Shown here: positions 53,480 to 64,000 of the stretch, piece by piece
How the letters are laid out: each line of letters starts with the position of its first letter
How positions within the stretch are numbered: position 1 is the first letter of the stretch
DNA from: Geosiphon pyriformis uo1
Taxonomy: Eukaryota > Fungi > Glomeromycota
Direction of reading: 5' to 3'
Assembly (NCBI GenBank): GCA_016748015.1
Contig: JAAOMT010000639.1
Span: 62,001-126,000, forward strand
Length of the DNA stretch: 64,000 nt
Notes under the pieces: model-generated
Told to the model about the DNA's origin: nothing
The model's database searches: none
What the model saw: the letters and a program-made list of their open reading frames with translations, nothing else
Program-made: the position numbers and the translations under genes

Positions 53480-53800
53480 TGTTTGGGCATCGAGTCAACA
53501 AATTGAAGAATCGTCCCTAATGGAATAGCATTCCACGTAGTAAAGATTGCCTACTCTAAGTCAGCTTCTGTTCGTGGCTTTCGACTCTTATGAATTGGAC
53601 TAATATCTGGCGATTGTGGAGGCCATTCCAAAGTCACAATTCCAAAATCATTTTGGAGTGCTTTCACAAACTCGCACTTATGAATTGGTGCGTTATATTC
53701 CTGAAATATTGCTTTTTCAGCGGTCATAACCATTGAATAAACTATATCCAACATATGCTTCACCAGTCATACATCCCCTCTTTGGTCCAATGCTTGTAGG
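53480..53800 (-). mobile_element. Tc1/mariner (IS630 family) DDE transposase relic
   Basis: IFQEYNAPIH..LEWPPQSPDISPI matches the FQQDNAPIH..WPPQSPDLNPIE signature. Confidence 0.75.
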
Positions 53801-54404
53801 TTTTTAGCCCAGTTTAACCGTTTGATTTGGATTATATAGGATTTAATATTAAAGTACTAGTGGACATAGAAGTTTTGATTTAGGATGTTTTGGGATCTTT
53901 CTTACTGCTGCATTTTTTATGATTTTCCGGATAATTCGACGTTTAGTATGCTTATCAACAAAAATTTTTCGATCACTATTATTTCTTTTTAAATGACCAA
54001 TACTTTTTTGTTAATTCTAATCGTTTAGGATAATTTTTAACACAAGTAGCTGACCATTCAATGATGGGCGCAATTTTTGCCTCATTTTTACCGTATAACA
54101 TTCGTTTTTATTAAGATCTTCTTGGGGACCCATTTGTGTATATATTTCGAATTTTAAAGTCATTCTTTAATTAGTTAATAATAAATTAAACAAAGGCGAA
54201 TGTCTTTGTTATTAAAAATAACCACACGTGGAATTTTAAGGTTTTTAGTATCATTAGAATCTTACGATTTTTGAGGAAATCGTGTGACCCACCTGTACTT
54301 TATTACATAATCAAGTAAAATGAGTCCCTGCCATAAAAATATTCATAAGTCCAGTTTTTTAATTTATTAGAAATTTAAAAAAAATGTTTGATTTTTAGCA
54401 TCTT

Positions 54405-57400
54405 TTAAAAAAATGCGGTTTTAGGAACTTTATCATTGTTCCCGAGTATATATGTCCCTCCTGTTTCTCTTGATCCATGCTGTTGATGACAATCACTAAC
54501 TTTTAAAGTACTTGATGAAGATGATGAAAGTCCAATACTGCTGTCATCCCAACTAGTACGTCGAAGTGGTGGTGGTTTTTCAAACTCGAATTCAACTGTG
54601 GTCGCTGGTGCAATTAAATCATTTTTTCTAGCATTACTAGTCCCAACACCAGGAATATTACTATTACTACCAACACCACCAAGATTATTATTACCACTAG
54701 TACCCAAAACACTTTCTTCAATACGCATCAATTCTGCCACAAATCCAATGTTAGGGCATATCCCACGCCGACGTTGCATAACATAATCATATGCTTGTTT
54801 TAACGTCCATCGATGAGTTTGAATTAGGTAGGCTAGAACTGCGGTGACTGATCTTGATTTACCGGCTTTACAATGCACGTAGACAGGGGTGTGATCTTTT
54901 TCTGCTTGACCTGGTAAGAAATTAGGTAAGTTTATTTTAGATTTTTTATAAATAAATTGGAATCAAATAATCCTTTACTCACTAATAAACTCCACAGCAA
55001 TCTTTAACCCAGTTTCAACATCCTCCTCAACTGTATCCCTTACATTCAACTTCAAGTACCTATCAAAACGTTGTTGTAGTCCCAATAAATCATCACACTC
55101 AAAAGCCATATTCAAAATACGCTTTACATCTTTAGATTGCAATTCTCTAACTTCTTCTTCTTTTGTGATTTCAGGCCCGAGGTATAGAAAATCAGGTAAG
55201 ATCGTGCTGACTACGAACGCTGTTTCAGGGTGTGTTACTAGTGGGGAAGTTGTTGGTGTTTCTGGGGAATATTCACCGGTTTCTAAAGGTGGTGGTATTA
55301 ATGATTCCGGAAATGTATTTGCAGTAGCGGATGGGAGTGGGTTTGGTGGTGGTGATGTTATACTGAAATGATGTCGGGTTGGATCTGATGGAGTGCTTGG
55401 GGGGCAGTCTCCTAAACAAATAAAAGCAATAAATTTTGATTATTAAGTGAACGATTTGATTTGTTGAATGACTCAAATTAAATGAATCAATTGAATTTTG
55501 AATTAAGGATTGAACTGTGAGCAATACAATTTAATCAAGAAAAAAAAATTAACCATCACACTTCTGAAAACGCCAACCCAAAATCCTTAAAATTCATAAA
55601 TGCATACCACCAATACTATTTCGTGGATTCCCCTCACTATTAGAACCTCCAGGTACAAATAAGTATTGTAAACCATTTGAGGCACGTCTGGATTTTGCGA
55701 TTTCTGATAATCCACCATTTCCATTTCCATTACTATTACTATTTTTGGTTGTTTTTATCGTATTCATTAAATTAAGCGGTTTCGATGATAAAGGTTGTTG
55801 CTGTTGTTGTTGTTGTTTTAATAATGACAAACTCGTAATATCACTACCATTTCTTTCTTTTATTCTTCTCCCTTTATCTTGTTGGTCTTTTTTCGGCATT
55901 GATAATTTAAGTTGTTGTGGATGTTGATGGTGATTTATTTTATTCTCAGTTTTCTTATTCTGATCATTATTATTTCTAGCATCATTCACAGCATCTCCAA
56001 TTTCGACTCTCCCTTTAGTCAAATTTTCGTTGACTGGTTCTCGCTCGCTACGTCTTCGTCTAAGAGAAGTACGCTGAGTATTCACAGAAAATAATGAGTC
56101 ACGTCTTGCCAATCCTGTATTTCCTCCTCCCAATCGATCTCCAGATTCAGATTCAGTCATTACATTTGATAGTGATGATGATATTGATGAATCATCATCA
56201 ACACCCTTATTGTAATGATTTTGACTAAAATCCTTTTTACTAGAATTATGGTTGATTTTAATATTGTTGTCCAATTTCTCATCATCTCGATTTTCATTCA
56301 GCGTATTATCTATATTTGAAAATGACGACATAACAAAAACTCGATTGGCATCCCATTCTAGAAAAGATTCATAACCACCCTTTAGCCAATAAACCCTACT
56401 ATATCCCTTGGCCAATGATGAATTATCATTTGTCAAATTCTCTGATAAAGAGTTGGAAAAAGCAGAGGAAAAGAAACTGGAATTATTGTTTTTGTTATTA
56501 TTATTATTGTTGCTGTTGGTGTTGCTTTTGTTGTTCATCATTGCACGTTCTAAAACACTTAATAATGTCCATCCGGGACTAATGCGATCCGTCTCGTCCA
56601 TTGTTTCATCGAATACAATTATGTCATGTAGTATTTGATTTGGCTTTAATGATTGATCAGGATCAATATCTTTTTTGTTATTTTCTCCTTCACCCATTCC
56701 CATTCCATCATTTTCTGTTATTCCTCCCTGTTGTTGATATATAATATCCAAATACTTTTCCCGTCCCTCTGGTGTAGTAATAAAATTATCCAATGAAAAA
56801 TTACTAACATTTCCACGCCGATACCGTTTTATCAACAGTGTCGGAAGATTAACATTGAATGAATCTCGAATATGAGATTCTTGATATACTGCTAGATTTC
56901 TAACATCAATTAAAATTGGTTTTGGTAGGTGGGGTTGGTAGGTTTCGTCACTTTCATCGAATTTAGTTGCTGGTGAAGTGGAGTTATTTAAATGACTTTT
57001 AGATTCATAACTTGGTTTGGGATTTGAAGAAAAAGATGAAAATTGACGTAATCGATCTCCAAGTTCAAGTGGTGACATTGGTAACGCTTTTCGATATGGA
57101 ATCGAAGTGGTCGTCAAATTTTTTGAGGGATTTGAAGATTTTGTTGAGAATTTTGTCGGTGTTGATGATACCGATATATTATTATTGACATTCGTGTTGT
57201 TATTATCAGAAGAAGCCGAAGTCGCCGAGGGCGAGCCCTTTGAAGATCTTAAATTGAATTTCCCTAGTTTCGAAGGGGACTTTGGTACCGCTGCTGCAAC
57301 AACTGAATTATTATTCAATGATAATGAGAAAGGAGATTTAAAAAATCCAGAGGAAGATTTTTGTTTTGAAGGTGATGGCGGAGTATTCAATGAGGTTGTT

Positions 57401-58443
57401 GATGAATTTTTGGAATTAAGATTTTCAGTATCATTTCCCAATGAATAGTTAGAAGTAGATGTCATTCTAATAGGACTATCTGAACTTGATCCACGTTTGA
57501 GCAAAGGTCCAGCACTTGTTTTTCGATGTACTGTTCGTGGTGACTGATAATTATTATTGTCGATATTCTTATTATTATTTCCATAAGTAGAAGGTGATGC
57601 AACAGAAATTTTCGGAAAAGAATTAGGATGAACAGTAGCACCAGTCGGAAACTTCGGTGATTGTGGGGATTTAGGAGATTTCGGGGGTTTGAAAGTGAAT
57701 ACCGAAGAATTACCACCATTATTACTGCCGTTATTACCAATAGTAACATGATTATTATTGGGTAATGATCCAGAAGATTTGTTCCTTCCGGTTAAACCAT
57801 TTAATGAGCTACGTTGAAACGCGGCAGTGAGAGCATTGATCGGTTTCAACATGAAACGTTTTGTAGGGCTTGATGGTGTCTTTGGTGACGGGGATAAGGA
57901 GGGGGAGGTAATGTTGTAGGTAGATTGCGAAGAAATGTGATTTGTATTTGTGTTCAAGGATGAATTATTTGATTCTAAAGAACTATTCTCACAATTTGGT
58001 GAACGATGTGAATATCCAATATTATTCGAAACAGAGTTATTTTTACGATTTGAATATGGATAAGAAGGATTATGTGAGGATGCTACAACCGATGTGGTTA
58101 TCGATGGAATAATAACTGGATCTGGAATTTTACCAGCTTTCCGTTTTGTACGATATCCGGCAATTTTTAATGTTGTATCTAAGAAACTATTTCCACTATT
58201 ACAATTGCCACTTTTTGTTTCTACATCATCTCCTGGATCTAGAGTTACCCCTCCTCCTCCTCCTCCTCCTATTATTCCTGAACTCCCATTATTATTATTA
58301 TTATTACTAGTGTTGAGGGTGCTTGTATTTGAATTTTGTTTTTCAGAAGAGACCAAGGACCCAAGTAAAGAATTTTCGGTGGTAACAATTAATTCTGGAT
58401 GGATTTGGTGGTATAATGGTGAAGAGGTTGTTGGTGAGCTCAT
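54405..58443 (-). CDS. Dual-specificity (MAPK) phosphatase with rhodanese/Cdc25-like domain; exons 58443-55608, 55411-54983, 54910-54405
   Basis: LIDVR..YQESHIRDSFNV and VYWLKGGYESF rhodanese; ILPDFLYLG..RILNMA; catalytic VHCKAGKSRS; PNIGF; both GT-AG introns keep frame. Confidence 0.9.
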
Positions 58444-60561
58444 AATTTATATTAAAAATTGATTTCGATTTTTTTTTTAAGTTAAGATAGGATTGTTTTA
58501 ATTTCCTTGGAATTTTTTTAAAGAGAGAGTATGGTTATTATGGATCGTAGTAAAAGAATATCTCTAATTTTACTTATTACTACTGTGATTTTCTTCCTCT
58601 TTATCAGTTGTTATTTCTTTTGGCTAGTTCGCTCGTCTCGTATCGAAAAAAGATTGAGTCACTTGTGATGTTTTGGGTCAACTCCAATCCTGATGCGCAA
58701 ATAACAGAACGAAGATTCCACCTTTAAACAATAAATGATGATATTATTTGGTAGAATCAGACAAACGTTCAAGCTAGGCTGTATTGCTTCGCCGGTTGAA
58801 TCTATCTTTCGGCCTGTGTTGGAAACTTATTACTTTCTATAACTTAGAGTATTGCTATTATGATGGGTGGTTGGATTAGGTTGATTGGTTGACTGATTCA
58901 AGAGGACGTTGAAATGAAAAGTCGGAGTCGTTGCTTAAGTTCGTAGGTCGAATATATAATCGTTCTATTTCTGGACCTTTTCCCCAGCCAAGAATAGTTA
59001 TCGACTTACAGATTCTCAGCCTTACATCTAATCGGTTATCAAATTATCAGTTTATCACAAATCTACTTTCATTTTTACTAAGCTTATAAATAAAAATTTC
59101 AGTTTTTAATTATTAATAAATGAATAAATAAATAAACGAAATGACTGTTAATTTTTTTAAAATTATAAAAAATTTCATTTTTAAAGCAATTTAAAAAAGT
59201 AATAAATATTTTAATTAAACTTATTTGTTAACATTAATTGTCAAAATCTTAAATGTAAAGTATTTTATTATAAATATGTTGCACTTTATTACATTAACAT
59301 TTATAATCATTATGATTTAATTGTATTGCTTAAAAGTGTAATTTCAAGAATTTCATAATTTATATAAATATTTGTTATTTATAAACAAAAGATTAGAATC
59401 CAACATATAAGTTGATTTATTTTAAGCTCAATATAAAACTTAATAGCAATAATAATTATATTATTTTATAAGTATTTTGAAACTCATTTGATTTATCATC
59501 AATATGACATTTTATATCGATTCTTTTTCACATAAAGTGGGTTTAGTTTCCCATTTTTCATATTTGTGATAGGTCAAATTTCTAATAGGTTAGATTTGAG
59601 AAAATATACGATTGTTTGCATCTTTGTTAATAGACGTAACAAGGGATTATAAAATAATGAAATTTACTAAATGAGGAATACGTAAAAGTAAAAACATTAC
59701 CAGATTCAAAAATATCAATATCAATATCAATATCGATATCGATATCGATATCAACTCATCTGAAAATTGGACATTCACAATCATCTTTGTAATCTATTGA
59801 TAACATCATAATATTAAACTGATGCTCTAAAGAACTATACCTATTACCTTAATGGTATACCACCTGATTTCACCCATAAAAAGATATGCATACATTTCAT
59901 ATTCTGCAAGAACCCGCATACGTTTCATAATACAACTACTTCTTCAGCCTCTGATTTGCAATCTCTTTCTTAAGCAAGATTTAATGAACTTCATTTTCTA
60001 TAATCAAACGATCAATGGCAGATAATTGCATATGCATACATTAGTTATAGTTTAATAAATTACCTAATTTTAATTTTTTTTTTAAATTCAATATCCTTTT
60101 TTGACTTTGTTGCTAAAATAAAAAAGTTCCTTCAAGTGAGATTAACACACAATATAGATAATTGTGTGCACTTGTAAATGATCTAGTTTATTTGGAAAAT
60201 ATTAAGAATGCTCTTTATATTATTATACATATAATTATAAAAAAATCAAATATGAAATTTTGTTTAAAAAAAATATATATATAATTATTATATATTAAAA
60301 TATTCAATATATATTTTTTAATTGCATTTATATTAATCAAAAATATTCTCGTTATTAAAATATTTTATTTTTAATAATAATAACAACTAATAAAATTATA
60401 AACAATTTATCAAAATATTTTAAATTTATAATCTTGTTAATAAATATTATTAAAAATTAATATTTTAATTTATTTAACTCTTTATCATATTACATAAACT
60501 ACTTAATTAATATTATATTTAATAACTCTTTAAAATTATTAAAAATAATCACTTATTATTA

Positions 60562-60596
<35 letters not shown>

Positions 60597-61203
60597 TGAG
60601 TTAAAAATATATTTGATTTTATATTATTAATTTAAAACAATTAGTGAAAGAACCTCACTTAGTTAAAGCAATTAAAAAAAATCAATTTAAATAAACAAAT
60701 TAAAAATATAAAGTAAGAGAGGGCAAATATTATGATAATACAAAATACAAGCTTTTGAATTTTATATTTGAAAACTTCAATAAAGTTTTAAAATTAAGTT
60801 TTTTTCAATTAATGTTATTTGCAACATCTGCAAGAATAAAATAAAATTGTGAATTGTGTTATCTTTGTTATTTAAGACTGTTTTATTGGTTGGGCTGAAG
60901 ATTTGAATAAAACAATGAAAAAAACGTGATTAATGTCATAAAAACAAGTAGGCTCGCTACCAATCAATATAAACACATAATAATTATTGGCAAAACGTGT
61001 AAAAAGGTTATATTGTGAACAGAACATTAAAAACATCTAATTTCCATTCTGCTTAAAATATCTTTGAGCATGACAGCAACGAAAAGTTATGAAAGAAAGA
61101 TCAATAAGGTTAAAGAAACGAGAAAAAATAAATCTTAAGTTTTATATCATTGTTTAAATGGAAATTGCTAGCCAACAAACGATTAATCATCGTTAGCCAC
61201 AAT

Positions 61204-61467
61204 ACTATTTCCTGCATGACCCTCTGGAGAGGATAAGGCCTTCATCAAGCAATGCCATTGCGACCCCGCGATTCCGGAAATTGTACACTTCAGCCCCTCG
61301 GCTGTTTTTTATGTTACAACAATAGCTACAAGTCTTGGATGTAAAAGCCTCCTTGTCGAGCAGATATTGACAGAAGCCCAGCAGAGCATTCTCTGGATAG
61401 TCTTTCGAGTAGTTTTTCTCGCCTTACGATTCGTCATGTCTGACATTCAAACGCCAGGAACATTGAT
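61204..61467 (-). pseudogene. Degraded TnpB/Fanzor-like RuvC nuclease C-terminal fragment
   Basis: SDMTNRKARKTTRKTIQRMLCWA, then (frameshift) FCQYLLDK-EAFTSKTCSYCCNIKNSRGAEVYNFRNRGVAM-ALLD. Confidence 0.7.
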
Positions 61468-63015
61468 TTATCTTTTTACGCGTTTAATAAGTGAAGGCGA
61501 TAATAAATTGATCTTCTGCTCGATTTGAGAAGATACTTCAGATTTATCTCTATTTAAAGGATTAAATTGACTATTAGAAGTTGAGGCTGCTTCAGTAGCC
61601 TCCGAGACAACAGGGTTTGATATGCGAGCAGGAAGGTTATGATTATCCGATGATAGCCTTTTACGTTTGATGGACATTTGAAGATTATTGATTTTTGGTT
61701 GAACTAACGATGAATCAGAAGTTTTCGACAGATTCGTGGTCACTTCAGGATCACTTCTTTTTCCTTTGATTATCATACCGAAATTCTCTGAAACTTTCCT
61801 TTCCTCATGCAAAAATTTGAACAAGATAGAGGTCGAATCGATTGCTTTTTTTTGGTAAGAAAAATCCAGATTTTCGAGAATTGATAGCGTCTCGTTAAAT
61901 TTTTCTTCTTTCATTATTAATTCACATAGATGTGTGCTCTTTTCAGTTAGATCATAAGTAATATATCGAGAATTGTTTGCAACATTACCGCTGGAAATTT
62001 CTACCCAGAAAAATGCAGAACTTCTCCCAGAACCGCATTCAGGCATTATAGATATCAATTCCCAAAACTCTTTGACTGTTATTTTCATGCTCTCTTGTAT
62101 ATCGTTAAATTCCTCATTATTATCACCCTGAAAATGAGAGAAATCTTCCAAGTTTGATAAAAACCTATGTTTGACGTCATCCTCTAATCTTGGAACGACT
62201 TGAAAAGCGAGATCTGAGTCATTGTATGGATATCCATAAGTCCAAAACGTCTTCTCCCCTTGAGTGCTTCCTGACCGGTTATTTTCATAATCTAAATCTT
62301 TTATAAGAAGCCGTGCCCCATGTTCAGTTGATACGCCAGGAATAAAATACCAGCCTTTAATACCCTTCGATGAGACGGTTTCGTGTATGAATGCTTGCTG
62401 TAAAAGATTTTTCCACCATTTGATCAATTGTACATCATTAAGAAGAGTTTTGTTTTGATTTCCTTTTGATCCGGGAAATAGGTATTCAGGTTGTGCGCGA
62501 GCGAACAAATGTATCGAAACCTTGATATTAATAAAGAGGGTGTAAAAGCTCAAAAAAGCCGATATCAGGCTTTTTGAGAGGCTTTTATTACCTCCAGCGG
62601 TTAATGGCGTCTGCAGACCGGTACTATCTACTTTTGATATGAATAAAGTAATCAAGTTTTCCGTAACATTGAGATATTCATAAGCTTCTAGAGCAGTAAC
62701 GAGCACACTTTGGTCTGGAGCTACTTGCTCTTGTAAAAGCAGCAAGATTCTTCGAGAAAACTGTTGAGTACAAGCGTTGGTGTCATTTTGTGAGATTTGA
62801 GGGTTTAAGCTTTTAGGTTCGGAATATAGAACATTAACAATATAGGAAAGTGGGGAGGCTCGAAGTCTTTTTTCAAGATATTGAGATATAAATTCAAGAA
62901 GTCGACTTTGAGTATTTCCCTCTATTAGCAGAATAAAAGTTAGAGAGACACGACAATCAAGAAAAAATTGATAATTGAAGTTCTACTCAGAACTTGCCAG
63001 TTGGATTTTCGACAT
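61468..63015 (-). CDS. RTT109: Histone H3K56 acetyltransferase Rtt109 (short first exon tentative)
   Basis: FISKVDSTG, LFARAQPEYLFPGS, LIKWW, PRLEDDVKHRFL, EFWE motifs; frame open to ~62920; candidate ATG 63015. Confidence 0.88.
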
Positions 63016-64000
63016 TCTTTGAAGAACTTAAAGGTTCGCGAGAATTAGAGGCCATTTATTAATTTACACAAGGTAGACGCGAACAAAAATGATCAATTAA
63101 AAAATACTTTAAAACAATTAAGCATTATTTTTTAATTATCAAATATTGCATTGATTGTTTTTAATAAATTATTTTTATAATTATGTAAATATTTTTAATA
63201 ATATAAAAATAATTTAAACAATTCAGATATTTAATATTAAGCATAAATATATTAATGTATATTATAAGCAAACGAAAATAATAACAATAAAAATTTTTTT
63301 ATTAATACCAATTTTAAAAAATAACAAGTATGATAAAAACATTAATATTTTCAAATAACTAAGCATTTTTTATGCAAATTAAATTTTAAACTTAACTATT
63401 TTTAAAAAAATAAAACAAAGCAATAATATTTTAAATAATTAAAATATTATAAAAATAACAGAGCCAAATTATTTAACAATAAAAAAATTAAATAAAATAC
63501 AGCAGTATATTTCAAAATATTATAAAAATAAACCATTCTAACAATTTTTGCAAAACTAAAACTTGTTTTATTTGATATTAAAATATACAGAATATTATAG
63601 TATTAAATAATGTTAAAAATTCTAATTTTTCTGGTAATACTTTGATGTTTTCTGTATTAAGAGATTTGGTGTTCTATAATATTTTATGCTCACTCAGGAG
63701 GTTTGATATTGCATTTGTTGAACAATTGTATAATAAAAAAAAGTTGGTTTTCGACTAGAAAAGCTTTTGTTATTGAAGAAAGCTCAATCTTAAAGGCCCA
63801 ATTTCTATTTGATTTAAGATAATATGTAATTTTTTAATCTGTTTTGTATCTTATCTTGTTGCTCAGTTGTTTAATAAAAGTTCTTGGCCATTAACCATTT
63901 TAGTTGTTAATGATTTTTTTAAAACCAAGCTCTGTTTTTTTAATATTAATTTGGATGTAATTAACATCTATACAAATAAGTTTTTGGAGAAGTTGGGTAT

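Noticed and set aside
56408-58462. Several + strand ORFs opposite the phosphatase
   Set aside because: Antisense shadows of low-complexity Ser/Asn coding sequence
59710-59755. (ATATCR)n microsatellite and surrounding moderately GC sequence; similar (ATATTC)n at ~49756-49780
   Set aside because: No ORF or recognisable motif; simple repeats

Overview
Eukaryotic, very AT-rich fungal DNA. The gene and TE content suggests Glomeromycotina, possibly Geosiphon-like (inference). About 1-48,100 is a nested graveyard of related Ty3/Gypsy LTR retrotransposons. Element D (+, 9102-37561) contains element C (+, 9936-28976), which contains the younger element B (-, 11082-20263). Also present are a truncated element A (1-7755), an orphan 3' LTR, a LINE 3' fragment, and heavily AT-eroded elements E and F with a solo LTR. 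The four readable copies share an unusual layout: PBS / gag-protease-Cys-rich module-dUTPase-degenerate second dUTPase fold-RT-RNaseH-STOP / integrase as a separate ORF / a conserved ~215-aa unknown ORF3 ending at the PPT (A keeps no ORF3 of its own). Copies show a gradient of C>T/G>A decay. About 48,100-64,000 is host gene space: a lipase-3-like pseudogene, NADPH oxidase NoxA, a Tc1/mariner relic, a rhodanese-domain dual-specificity (MAPK) phosphatase, a degraded TnpB/Fanzor-like fragment with a downstream hairpin, and Rtt109. All coordinates were read by eye; boundaries in eroded regions are approximate.
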